From: Phoronis australis
Taxonomy: Eukaryota > Animalia > Phoronida
DNA: 64,000 bases
NCBI GenBank assembly: GCA_002633005.1
Contig: NMRA01000258.1
Location: forward strand, 186,001 to 250,000
Direction of reading: 5' to 3'
Below the pieces are notes generated by a model that did no database searches, was not told the DNA's origin, and worked only from the letters and a program-made list of their open reading frames with translations. The first letter of the stretch is position 1. Each line of letters opens with the position of its first letter. Positions 47,196-59,333 of the stretch are shown piece after piece. The position numbers and the translations under genes are program-made.

Positions 47196-50100
47196 TTTCT
47201 TTCAGAAAATATATACTATTACTGGTTGATATATCCTGTTTCTTTTTGATATATGAGTAAGAATGGAGGTCACTAACTAAGCTTTACGACAACTTTAAGG
47301 TACAAGGAGCTACTACGCCTTACCTTTTCTAGTTCTTTCACAAACAATACCATATGACCCGTTAGAAGAAATTAAGCTCCGTGTCAGATTACCTGACTGG
47401 CTAAAGACAACATGTGACCGCTTGACATTGTCGCCACCGCGTTCTTCCTGTACTAACTCCAGCCAAAACTCGTCTACCATGTTACCTGTATTATACCTAT
47501 CAATTTAAAGAAAGACCCTAGTGTTAACATTAGCTAATGAAGGCACCACGTACGTACAAAACAGATGAATATTACAAGAGTCCTTAAAGCATGAGAAAAA
47601 AGTGTATAACGCACTTTATGACACCCGCTGCAGTCTTCCAAGGGTACAGTCCTTCCGTAACTGCACGTTTCATATAGCGGTTTCATTCTTCCTGAGAAAG
47701 GGATCATATTGAACAGCCATCTCACGACGATCCTCGGCACTTGCTCTTGTAACCAACCAATGTACAGCACAGTCGTTAACCGGTTGGTACCCGTGTGGTT
47801 GAGGCAACATGAATGAATTGAAACCTCGCTACATCGGTTAGAAGTCGAAACTAAACTAAATATATGAATCCATTGGTGAGTCTATTCGATGGTCAGCTTA
47901 CTGATTTGTACAAAACTGGCCGATAGTTTGCGTCCATGATCCACACTCTGACTTGCCCTAGAACAACTTGCACAACTGCAGCTTGCCCCACCTTAAGGGG
48001 AGCACCCCCACACACATATATCAGATATTAATTAGCGCAAGGGGAAAGTTGTCACTCTCTACATGTCAATGGAACCGCTAATGCGAATCCCACTTGAAAA
48101 AAGAAGACCCATACGATAATGTATGTAACCGCAGTTGATAAAATACTTTCGCCTTGCGTCAGGTTTGCAGCCACGAAGCGAATAGGGGTAGCGCAAGTTT
48201 TCCTTGCAAGTTACCCTACCTCGACAAGGTGGAGTGTGTATACTCGGTTCGGAAAGTTTGATGGGTCTCTGTGGCTTGTTTTTATTTAGTCGTTGCAGTC
48301 CAGAGTAGATAACTAACGAATGAAGGAACCTCTTCTGTGATACCAATCAGGAATGCACCCTAGCTCACTCGCTTTACGTACAAAAGATGTCCTGCACTTT
48401 TAAAATATTTTGAAGCTATAAGCTTGCCTTGAATCATAAGAAGCAACTGTGGGCTTAGACCATCAGTCTCAAATTGTTCCTTAGTCAAAATTGAAGTGTC
48501 TTTTGTACTTGGTAAGAGCTTACAATCGACGATACTTGCAACCAGGCGCTAACATTTTACTTGAGTCAGGGCGTGTCATTATATTATCCGAGCAATAACG
48601 AACTGGCAGTTCCTTGCAAGAACACAAATCACTTCTCATTTGAATAAACTAGACCAACCTACAGCGGCAAAGGGTCTTAATTAAAAGTTTCTTCGACGCA
48701 ACGTGGGTTTATAACCGTTCTTTAAAGTGTTGTGGGCAAGTTATCTGCTCAATCCAATGGGGATTCACGTGACTGATTCAAAAAATTACCGAGCCAGAAG
48801 GAACTTGAAACTGATTTACCTTTCCAATAGATGTTGAAATTCAACACATTCTTGGGGTTCTTTCAGTGTAAGAACGCGCCCTTTTCTCTGATTGCAGAAG
48901 TTACTGACTTGTGTGTAATTATATGTTTCCACTGTCAGTGAATTAGTGTTGTACAACCAATAACACTTCGAAAACGATGTGTGTGTGTACCAGCCCGGTG
49001 GGCAAGGGCCGTCATCACTGGAATCTGCAAAAGTTCAATGCCTCGGTGAAGTTTGAGTTGAAAAGTTTCGGCAAATATGTTCGCTAATGTTATGGTACCG
49101 AATGCTACATTAGGGTAAGTCGTCTTGCTACTATTGTAAGGGCACACATACATCCTGGATCTCGACCGGTCATTATTGATGTTAACAAACGTCTAGTAGT
49201 TCAAACCTTATTTAGGGGCCTCCATTTTTACTCTTATATCAAAAAGCAGATTCTGTCAACAAGTAAAAGAAAAAGGATCAGAGATTTTAAAATGTTTTTA
49301 TATTTATATTTATATGGCATTATAATGATGACATTAATACCTTTTTTAAGTCAAAATTTTATTTTAAGGAAACTTCATACCAAAATAACCCCTCCGTCTA
49401 TTTCAATGAAACCTTTTTAATGAAAACTTCACCAGTTACCTAAAAGAGGTGTAAGGAATTTTCGATCATTCTTTTAATTTGGTTACTATGACAAATCAAA
49501 TCGCAAAACGTAAGGTATTTTCTTGTAAAAAATAACAGTCGTTTTTGTCTTTGTTACCTTATGCAAAAAGTAGGCCTTCGTATCAAAAATCCTAATAGTG
49601 TCTATGCGATTGATGAATAAATATTAATTTTGGAAAGTTTCAGTGAAATCCACAGAACAGTTTTTGAGAATTTCTGTTCCTAAGTTCAAATTAACACGAT
49701 TTCACGAAGCCGAAAAAAGATATTTCGGGACATATTCCGAACATAAAAGATGATAAAAGTTGTGACACATGAATCTCAAGTCTGCGGTAAATTATTCGGT
49801 GAAAACTTGTTTTCGGTTAATATAACCTATACATGTTCGCTATTTCAATATTCACTCGGAATGTCAACTGAATTTTAAGTACATAATTCACTTAATCATC
49901 GCCAAAACGTTTAATTTTGTCACCATCAACAGTCCGTCAGGAAGAGTCAGCTGTTGACTTACGCGCCGGGTGCTTGATATGACAAACCATGGAAGTACGA
50001 AATGGACAAAGGAAATCGAGTTGGTGGCTAAATGGCGTCGTGAGCATGAGATAGAAACAGCGAAATGTCAAGCTAATGTATTTGGGTGAGGATTTTTCTC

Positions 50101-53100
50101 TTTTAACAACTTGCTGTGTTCAAGGACACAAACTCACAGAAGAGTGCAGGGACTCGAAGCAAATTTCGTTCTCAACGGTCGTTTGCATGCAGACACACAA
50201 CTCCTTAAGGATCAAAACGTCGTTTTGTCTTCGTTTTCCCCGTCATTTTTAATTCCATGGTATGTACACCTCGTGGACTCAATATTGTGGCGATTCGGTG
50301 AATGAAGGACTGAGGGTACATACAGAGCTGCTTTATGACAGGCAGGAGATTAGATTTGAGTGACAGCCCTGTAACCATTGACGTTGGATAAGTAGTACAA
50401 ATATTTCTACTCGGTTGTGCGGTTCCAAAGTGGTTCTGCTAAATCAATTTTTCTCGCTACACGGTATATATATTTCGTATCTGAAGTATTCCGAGAATGG
50501 AGATAAGGAAAGGTATTATGCTGAACATATATGTGAAATATTGTGGCCACTAATCTTAAGACATCCTGCATTCATGCTACCTAAGAACGCGCACAGGCTT
50601 ACAGCCATTAAAACACCGATCTCTGATCGAGGTCATACATACTCTTCAAAACGTCCCAAGATTGGCTTTCAGCTTCAAAGCATTTGAACAGCAGGCATTA
50701 AAGGTGTTCAAAACAAATTGTCATTACTTGAAAACGCAACCATGGTAACAGATTTTTTGAATTACAGTCGTTGTATTACAATAGAAATAACAGACTTGTC
50801 GCAAACTTTGTGACCACTATAAGATTTTACATATAATTTTTCCAAATTTTCTTCGTTGGGGAGAATTTCGTCTATATTTAACACCAGAATGTTAACTGAA
50901 AGTTTTCGTTGAAGGAAAATTTCAACGTCTGAGCGTCGTGAGAGTTCGCATGTTTTAAAGCGTCTCTCGACCAGATTCCATCTGGCAGTTTGGGGATGCG
51001 AATGTCTGACGGGCAAAATCCTGGCTAATACTCTGCCCTAGCCCCCCTAACTCAAAACTTTAGATCCGCCCCTGGTTGCACCCGCAAAGGTGAATATCCG
51101 TGAAAAAATCTCTTGGACAGCTTCCCATGGTCTCCTTCGTCACTGATATAGCAACACGAATGATATTTGTTTGTTTGGCATCTTGCTCGATAAATAATTG
51201 CACAACCAAGTAGCGTTACTTAGAGTCTTTCAATCTAACTGACAGTTATTGATTGACACAAAACTGTGTAAGGGGAATAAGTAAAAAACTGACAACACAA
51301 AAACTATAAAAGGGACCAGAATTTTTTATTGTTGCGTTGTGTTCAACAAACACAGCAGTAAAAGGAGGTTGCGATATAGATTTGTTAGAGCGATAAAACT
51401 GAGGAAAGATGGCCCAAAAATAAGTAGTGAAAATGATATTTTTGTATACTAAAATGCATAAGATAAAAAATCAATGACTCCATCCAAACTAGACTTTTGT
51501 ATTTTATTCTTTCTTCTTGCTATGTCGTTATTTTTGCTGGAGTGTGAAGCGATGATGTTTTGATGCTGAAGAACAGTCACCTAGTTTCCAATACTTTTGT
51601 GGTCGTAAAAAGGGTTAAAAAACCTCAAAAACTCATAAAAAACAGACTCGGGTTTCTATTGTCAAGGCCAACTGGTGTTAAGTTTCAAAAAGATCGGTGA
51701 TTTTGCATATATAGTCCACCATCTTGTTTTTATCTGAAATTGCTCTGAAAGAGTTTCAAGTGCATTGAGCGTGGCAGGAGCAGCTTAACTGATGAGCTCG
51801 ATGACTGAGTGGATCGCTGTCGACTGAACAAATACATAACATGATTTTCAGCGCTGCATTATAATCATTTCAGAAGAGAATTAAAACGCTGCATGGCGAT
51901 ACTGTCTACGACAAACGTTTGACTATGACCATAGGAGCTATATGAGGGGTGCCCTGTTTCATTGAAAAGTCGATTACTTGAACTTGTTTGTTTTTGATCA
52001 CAATTAGGATTATTCGCTAAAATAAACAAACTCAAGTCTCATGCAAATGATTACAATTTACATTGCTCAGATCGTAAATTACTGAGCAGTTGTTTTGTCT
52101 TTTATAAAGTCACACATGGAACATGCCGATTGGTTGAAAACTGTATTAATTAGTAGTTTGATTATTTCCTGGTATGCCTCACTGAAGCGACTCATGGGAA
52201 GACAATAAAGTAATCTACAACCGCTCTTCCTCTATGACTTATTGAGATGAAGTTATCTTTACTTATCTCTTTCCTACCATTGACTGTGCAAGTTTTAGAG
52301 CCGAACAAAAAGTCAATCAAACTTCTACCATGACTATTTACAACTTTATCAATTACGACTCGTTTATTTACCTGACAATCGACATCTGGAATGTAATCAT
52401 TCAAGTTACCCACTCTCAAGTTAAAATCTCCACATATAACAATGTCATCTGCTATATCTGCATGTAAATATAACTGGCATAATAGATGACTATAGAAACT
52501 ATCCGCATCACAACCCCTTGAAGAATTCTCAGGTGGTAAGTAGCAACAAAATACAATTATACAATAGTCTGAGCGTATATGAGTTAGTCTTAAAGCTAAT
52601 ATACCATCTCACGACTTGTCAACAATATCAATTTTAAATGTTTTAAACAAATCATTTTTAACAAATATTTCCAACCCACCCGAACCTCTTGGGACCCGCT
52701 TGTTTATAAGCTGCCTATTGTGTCCGTACCAACAATAACCGGGCAAAGTAATCGTGGGGTAAAGGCTGCATAATGCTTTTTCAGACTTTCAGTCAGACCT
52801 GATCGGAAGATCTTCCTATAATTGGGCAAGTTTTGTAAGGAAACTTCTGTCTGTGTATGGTTTTCAGGTGTATGGATTAATCAGGGTATGGTAAACCAAG
52901 CGTATTTCCTGACAGTTTTTTCTCAACGTGTCAACGATTGTTATTTGCAAGGCTGGCAATCTGATATCGAATGTAATGCAAAACTGCCTTACTATGTGAG
53001 GTATAAAACAATGTATTGTCTTGAGAATTATCTAGCAATAGTTAGTATCCCACGTGTTTTATCCAGTCTCTGACTCGATTACGATGTTCAAATCATTCGT

Positions 53101-56100
53101 TACTAGTGGAAAGAGGTCGCCACACAACTATTCCCTATGAAAACAGGTTGTGTGAGTTATGTAATTAATTATTTGGGATGTGTAGAGGACCAATACCATC
53201 TTGTGTTAGATTGTAGTGCGTACTAAGACCTTCGGGTTAAGTACTTAAGTGGTCGTTTTTGTCATTCCCCTACTACATCTAAATGTGAATGCATGAGAAC
53301 TCCGGATATATTAATTCTAAAATTTCTTCCATCGTGCTCTCAAGCGTCACAGTTTATTATCCAGTTTTTAACGCACCTGCCAATGTTTTGTCTTGGCTTT
53401 GGGCCTATGGCCATATGTATATATTTCAATAAAAATCGCTAAATCCTCACCCAAATTCCTTAATCTTAATTCGATAGGTACATGTACTTTGACATTTCGC
53501 TGTTTCTATCTCATGCTAAGGACGTGCTTTAACCACAGGCTCGATTTCTCTTATCCATTTCAAGGTACCTAAACTACACAGTCAATGGACTCCTAAACAC
53601 GGCCAAAAACGGACGCAAACGCATTTCTTACTTCGTGTCTTATCAGTCTCTCGGCGCGTGGTGTGCATATAGCTCATTGGTATAATAATGAACTTAAAAG
53701 TAGGTCATACGTCTTGGCTGGGGATGGCAAAAAGAAGTAAAGTTTGAACCATGATTAAGTTAATTACCCACTGCAAATTCAGTTGAAATTGCGAGTGAAT
53801 ATTGAAATAGCTAACATGGTTAAGGCATGTATAGGAAATATTGACCGAAAACAAATTTTCAAAGGATAATTAACCGGGCTTTGAGATTTTCACTCGCCCC
53901 AGTTTAATCGGCTCTTTTCCGGCTTCGGCAAATCGACTTTTTTAGAATTTAGGAACACGAGTTCTCGTAAACAGCTTGGTGAATTTTGCTGAAACTTTCC
54001 AACTTTTAAAATATTTATTCATCAATCTCAAAAACATCTAATTTTTGCGTAATGTAACAAAAACGAATATGACTTCTATTTTTAACAAAAATACATAACG
54101 TTTTTCCAGTTGATTTGTCATAGAAACCAAAAGAAAAGACCAATCGAAAATTCCCAACGGAGTTTTTGAGGCAACAGGTGAAGTTTTTTGGTGAATACTA
54201 TATCTAACTCAAATGCAAAATACGAGTAAACATATTCCGTTTACAGCACCTTAATAAATTTACATCAAAATTAAATACAATATTTGCCCAAACTTGGAGC
54301 GTAAGTTTTATCATTTTTAATGAAAAAGACATCGGTTAAGATAAAAAATTAGGAGGGTTTTTGATTTTAAAATGCACTCTAGCAGTTAAGCTTCCAATCA
54401 ACGGTTTGTGTCAGATGCAGGTGACATGGGCTGTCTTCACATGTCCAACATCATACATGTCCAACATCATACATGTCCAACATCATACATGTCCGACATC
54501 ATTCTCATTTGCCTCGTCTGATTCAATAAAAAGTTACAAAAGAAATGGGAACTCAAAACGTCAAAACTAGCGAAATGGTTTATCTGTGTTTAAGTCGAAA
54601 TAAGCGTTAGAATTTCTGTTGAACTCACTTAAACATTGTATTTCCAAATGTTGCATTGACTGGTTTTGCCGTAGATCATCGATTCCAATCCCATCACTGT
54701 CCCACTTCTTGCTTTTCATCCAGCATCTCTTCGTCTGCCTGTGATAATCGGCAGACGAACATGGCTTGCTCTGGTGACACAACTGGGCGCAGTGTACAGG
54801 ACAGTTCGCACTAGATACATGTTCATCTACATTGTGGCCGCGTAGCTCGTGTTCAAAAAGTTTGTAGACTTGAAAGTTATAGGGATGTTCACAAACCTGT
54901 GTTCCTGAAAAAACAAAGCATGCCTGGTGACCATGCGCTGTTTCAATCTTGAAGACTCAGAAGCAGTGGTCATGAATAAGCCCTTTTCATATGATAAAGG
55001 ATAGGGTTTCGTAATACTAGTTTTACAACGGCAAGTAGACTTAATCAAAAGATTTTTTGGCAGAAGACATGTTTATACAACTTTTATCCACCTGAAGCTG
55101 GGTATCAAAGTTATGGGGTTTGAGTACAGTACCAGAGCTGCTTTTCGAGAAAAGCTGTATCACACAAGTCCTCGCGAGATGTAGCCATGCCTTAAAAGGG
55201 AAGCACGTGATCACGGTAGTTTCACTGGTGAATTTCTCGCTTCTATGGAACGTACATGTAACTCGTATAATTTGTGTAATGACATGAAAGGAAAGGAGTA
55301 TTATTTTTTTCTTTTTCTCCGAAATGCATTGAGCATTAGACACATGTTGTCGTTCTATAATAACTAAGAATCGGCACCGAAGTGGTAAAACCCTACTTTA
55401 AAAACTGAAACGTGTATGAAACGAAAAACACAATGGAATGAGGCAAAAATAAGATAAAATATGCTGGTGAGTTATTGGAACATATGGAACCAAAAACAAA
55501 CATTTGTCTAGATCAACCAGTTACCAAAAAAACCATTGACATTTCTGGATCCGGCGCGACTGTGCACCGCAGTAGCTCGGAGGCCATTTAACTTGGTTGC
55601 CGTAAGCTTAGCGAGTACAGAGGGGTCAACGTTCTGACAATTAATATATTAGATGCATCGAACTGAGTGATTTTAAAATTGCAGCTGACAACGAGTGCAC
55701 ACCAGAAATCAACCCTTGCAATCTGTTGAGTTTAGGCAGTATTTGTTGAAAAGATCATTGACACGTATTCATGAACTTCTTGGATTTGTCCGGATAACTT
55801 TCATCAGCCGGACCAGGAGATGGGGATAGATTGTTATTAAGAAAGCATTGTTGATGAAGGGGGACTTATTTGTAGGAAACTCAATCAGACTGTCGGAGGT
55901 ATGAATTTTTGATGACCGTGCACACTGAACCTGTGTAATAGGTTAAAGTGCTCATCGTGTTCTGGCCATCGTTAACAAAGATATAAATTTGTGATCTTCG
56001 GGATGCACGCTTAACTTAGGCCACTGCGGGAACGAACAAGAATTCATGAATAACTAGTTTCTGAAAATTTCTTGGAGGAAGCCCCTGACACCCGACCCCC

Positions 56101-56743
56101 GCATAATGCCCCGCTTCAATTATTGCTCTCCAGGATGCCTCATGTCATGTTCCTGCGTCCATGGTTCAGTTCAAGAATATATTGCCTACAGATTCCATAC
56201 CGTGTTTTACGGATATCAAAAGTGTTGTAACAAGAGTGATAATGGTATTGGGTTCATCGTTTTGAGTTTAGATGCTTAATATACATCTACGAGAATCGAC
56301 TGTTACCTAATCTAGTAAGAAATCGTTTTAATGAGCTTAGACGCAAGCTGAACTTTTGGGTGGTTCTATCATCCGAATCCTAAATTGCAACAACTAATTT
56401 TTAATACGTAACGTGCTCAGGTCGAAAAGGTATCATTCTCGTGGAATTTTATTGAAATACCGGTACTCACGTTTCTGATGGCTTTCTCCCCAAACAAGAA
56501 ACTCCGCATGCCTATGATGGTTATGGGGGTTGCGTGGTGCAGGGTAAGAAATTGATTAGGGGTCAACTTGATTAGTTGGTACTCCCCGCCCCGCTTTCCT
56601 ACGAGCCTGTTCAGTACAAAGTACTTGATACGTATAAATCCTCCAAAAACACCACTGCCCCCGAAGTTACCTGGTAACCGATACTCTTCGTCCTTTGAAA
56701 CAACGGTAAGTGGTAAGATGGCGAAGAAATACGGAACCAACAT
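36854..56743 (-). CDS. Gene B: paralogous mosaic type-I membrane protein (SP-PAN-short CTLD-mucin-sushi-like-TM-tail ending TEV), roughly 1000 aa
   Basis: Exons 56743-56671, 54904-54629, 49024-48820, 47496-47324, 41591-39776 (contains a gap), 38095-37904, 37215-36854. Canonical splice sites, the same intron phases as gene A, and exon-by-exon homology. Confidence 0.85.
37904..38095 (-). CDS. Gene B exon, juxtamembrane Cys module (sushi/CCP-like)
   Basis: 192 nt, phase 1-1, TTYVSCVGN...VVFGCSHTRADKGFIWWNYFCI|GTAAG. Confidence 0.88.
39776..41591 (-). CDS. Gene B exon, Pro/Thr mucin stalk spanning assembly gap 40476-41383
   Basis: TTTCAAG acceptor; TTTPPP repeats on both sides of the gap; ends EEPCTKD-G|GTAAG like gene A's HEPCTQQ. 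Confidence 0.8.
41860..42190. mobile_element. MITE-like inverted repeat
   Basis: TTTCGATGAAAATCAC.TTACCATTCTCAA.GAAAATATCC and its reverse complement at ~42090-42131. Confidence 0.6.
42551..43937 (-). mobile_element. Near-identical duplicate of the HERO-like retrotransposon fragment
   Basis: Matches 45041-46436 almost base for base; ends at a single N (43938). Confidence 0.8.
44790..46640 (-). mobile_element. Non-LTR retrotransposon 5' part (RT of restriction-endonuclease type, HERO-like), decayed and lacking the 3' end
   Basis: SAPGPS, YKKCPRLLHRLWRLLRVIW, WGKAEGLYIPK, FRPISLLDVEGKVLFAVLADRLT, YINPSVQK, GCLEH motifs; upstream ~20 bp CTCTCCAGGT repeats; frameshifts. Confidence 0.8.
47160..47195. 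repeat. (TAA)n microsatellite
   Basis: Direct observation. Confidence 0.95.
47324..47496 (-). CDS. Gene B exon, shortened CTLD C-half
   Basis: TAG acceptor, phase 2 to 1, RYNTGNMVDEFWLELVQEERGGDNVKRSHVVFSQSGNLTRSLISSNGSYGIVCERTRK-G|GTAAG. Confidence 0.82.
48820..49024 (-). CDS. Gene B exon, CTLD N-half
   Basis: TTTTGCAG acceptor; PCPPGWYTHTSFSKCYWLY...FCNQRKGRVLTLKE...LLER; phase 1 to 2. Confidence 0.9.
52192..52755 (-). mobile_element. LINE apurinic-type endonuclease fragment
   Basis: GYCWYGHNR...RGSGG...CCYLPPENS...ICGDFNLRVG...NSHGRSLIDF...VNGR...GRAVVDY. Confidence 0.85.
52760..53433 (+). mobile_element. LINE ORF2 C-terminus and 3' end (L2/CR1/Daphne-like)
   Basis: QRVNDCYLQGW...LENYL...RLRCSNHSLLVERGRH...RLCELC...VEDQYHLVLDC; ends at AATAAAAA. 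Confidence 0.8.
54438..54500. repeat. Tandem repeat (ACATGTCCAACATCAT) x~4
   Basis: Direct observation. Confidence 0.9.
54629..54904 (-). CDS. Gene B exon, PAN/apple domain
   Basis: TTTTCAG acceptor, 276 nt, phase 1-1, CEHPYNFQVYKLFEHELRGHNV...CAQLCHQSKPCSSADY...RCWMKSKKWD...HLEIQCL|GTGAGT. Confidence 0.9.
56671..56743 (-). CDS. Gene B start exon, signal peptide (MLVPYFFAILPLTVVSKDEEYRLP-G)
   Basis: ATG 56743, hydrophobic h-region, CAG|GTAACT donor in phase 1; upstream TGTTCAG acceptor at ~56781. Confidence 0.75.
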
Positions 56744-59105
56744 GTCTACCTTGATGCCAGTAGACACATATCTGTGCCAACTGAACAGTGATACTACGTT
56801 ATGAGATAAACAATATCACACATAATCGATATCACAACAATCATCATGTGATATGTGTACACGTTTGCGTTGTTCTGTTTTTGCCTATTCATTTTTTTGA
56901 AGTTTTAGACAGACCCTTATATACAATTGTCAAATATGTCCCAATGAATACACGGCTTGAAATTTCCTGTTTAATCGATAGTTTTTCGTATTGTCCCACT
57001 TTCTATCTGTCGTCAGTGTCAAGTGTCACAACACATTATGACCAGGAAATCAACAATCGCGAAGATATATAGTTATTTCACAGGAACGTATTTGCCCGGT
57101 ACTGCAGTCATCATAGACCATGAGTAAAATTGCCGCCTCATTTCAACAATAGAAAAAATGAAACACGCGCAAGCGCAACATGAATCTCAAAACTCAAATG
57201 CCAGCACGACGTAGACACTATTTAAAAATCAACAACTGTGGAGCTAACGTACGACTGTGAAATTGGCGATTAAACTGTAAAAATCAAGGTTATGCCTGCG
57301 TTCAACATGACTAGTTTGGAACAATGGTTGCTATTAAATAATTCTAATAATTAACGAATGTATTTCTTTCGCCCTCAAAAGTGTCAGTACACACAGAAAC
57401 GCTGTTGTCTACTTGTACCCAAGCACGCTAGTTTCGATCATCAAACTAATTATGATTTGAACACATATTATGAAACCTACATTACAGGGAAAACAGAAAT
57501 CGAATCGTGTGGTACTGACGTGAATGTGACCCTACTTCATATTAACCACTTTATTTGTAGGAAGTGGGGGGACAGGGGGTGCTTGTTCACCCCCATACGC
57601 ATAAAATTGGGGGGCAGCATACCCCACTAAACAAGGACACAGGAAACAAGGGGCGAGCCGAGAGGGTAATTGCCGCTATAATTTGCTGACGTGATGGTAA
57701 CACATTCGTGGCCACTAACAAAAGCGAAGAGCAAAGTCAGGGACAGTCGATAAGAAAAAGCGAAAATGTGATTTTTGAGGTGCAAGTTTAACTCATAAAC
57801 CGCGAAAGGTTCCTACTAGAACGAAGCAGAATTCACGTACTTAACTGTAATAATTTCCAGGCCTATCCCTTCCTCGCCCATCCCGGTTGCTCCGTCACTA
57901 TACAGGTATCTGCACGCCTTACTTCAGGAATTGCCAAAAAATCCACACTGTGTGTTTGCAAATAAAATCTTGCAACGTAATAAATTCTGTACATACTTCT
58001 CAAAAAAGCCAAAATGATCATTTTCTTTCCATTTTTATTGGCTAATTACCTATGTGCACATGTTGTTGACACCAACATATACACATTGTAAAGCATGCTT
58101 GTAATAGTCTAAAATTTCTTCATTTTCACTTCTGTGTAGAAAACATAGTTTAACTTGTCGGCCATGTTGTGTTCTAAATAAGTGAAGAGCTAAGGAGGCA
58201 CGGAACAGTTCTCACTGGGCAAAACTCACATCACTTGATTTGTCACCTTTTCTTCACTCTGTCAAAAACAGGATGCAAAGAATGACATGTTTTCAGTTAT
58301 TTCACATAAAAAGCCATGCAGATGAGCGCAGAAACTTTATTGTCTCTTGTATTTTTGACCCTTTTAATCCCACTGAAAACCAAGCTAGACTAAGAAAAAC
58401 AGAGGCAAAAAGTGCAAAATCGGCACTTTTCACCCCAAAAACACCACTTCCCTGCCGATGCACGACTAAACCAACAATAGATTCTGAAAGCAAATTTCCT
58501 ACAGATTCCGAAAATGTGGTCCAAAAGTACTGTCAACCAACTAGTTTTTTGGCAATTCTGGGTGCTTTGAGGGCTACCTAAAATCGCAGCCAATTTCTTA
58601 GCCGCTACACAACAATCCACAATTGCAACCCGCGGGGGCCGCCATCTTGAAGAAGAGTGCAGCTACAGCCGAAACGAACATGTGTTCTGTCTCGTTACGA
58701 GAAAAACTGGCGAACGATGGTGCTCTCATCTCATAGTCTATTATTAAAAGCGAAAATAAATAATTAAGTATTACTTTATTAAGCTGAATCACGTTGACAA
58801 CAATTGAAAAACGTCAAATATATCAGGAAACAAATCATCTGAAAACAGGTTCACGAAACCAAACCATCCTGTGCACAGTGGTGAAAAGATATACTGGACC
58901 AGTTTGAAGAGGAACCAGATGTACACTGAGAGTACACAAAAAGGCTGGCCTGGTCCGTCACTTGACCAAGAGTACATCTGTGCCTATTATCCCTATAAAA
59001 ATAGTCGATCTGTCGCGGGACCAAACAGTTACTGGCTGAGATAAATAGTTTTACAAAGCACACTTTGGTAAAAAAAATCATAAGACTAGTTCGCCGAGGG
59101 ACCAG

Positions 59106-59333
59106 GGACCCGTTCCAACAAAACTGACTTAGCTAAGACAAATCCTAAATTTTAGTTAAATTTGTCTCAAAAAATTCAAGAAAGAGATCTTAAGTTTGAA
59201 TTAATAGTGTGACGTTAGTTTTGTCTTAAATTTCACTAACTAACAGAATGTGGAAGTTTCAAAGTTCGGAATTTAAGACAAATCTTTAACTTAAGTCAAA
59301 AATGAACTTAAGTCAGTTTCTTGGAACAGGCCC
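59106..59333. mobile_element. PIF/Harbinger-type (Tourist-like) MITE
   Basis: TIR GGACCCGTTCCAACAAAACTGACTTA / TAAGTCAGTTTCTTGGAACAGGCCC; 3 bp TSD CAG. Confidence 0.75.

Larger units (their letters stand above)
49330..54190. repeat. Pair of long diverged inverted repeats (~49330-50100 and ~53440-54190); related arms at ~44050-44250 and ~46740-47160
   Basis: AGCATGAGATAGAAACAGCGAAATGTCAA...TTTGGGTGAGGATTT versus AAATCCTCACCCAAA...TTGACATTTCGCTGTTTCTATCTCATGCT. Confidence 0.65.

Noticed and set aside
47534-48346. Minus-strand ORFs (78 and 95 aa) as extra gene B exons
   Set aside because: They lie inside the CTLD-splitting intron, have no recognisable domain and no counterpart in gene A.
51780-51830. 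Hammerhead ribozyme (CTGATGAGCTC...GAGT-GGAT-CGCTGTC)
   Set aside because: GAAA is replaced by GGAT and stem I does not pair.
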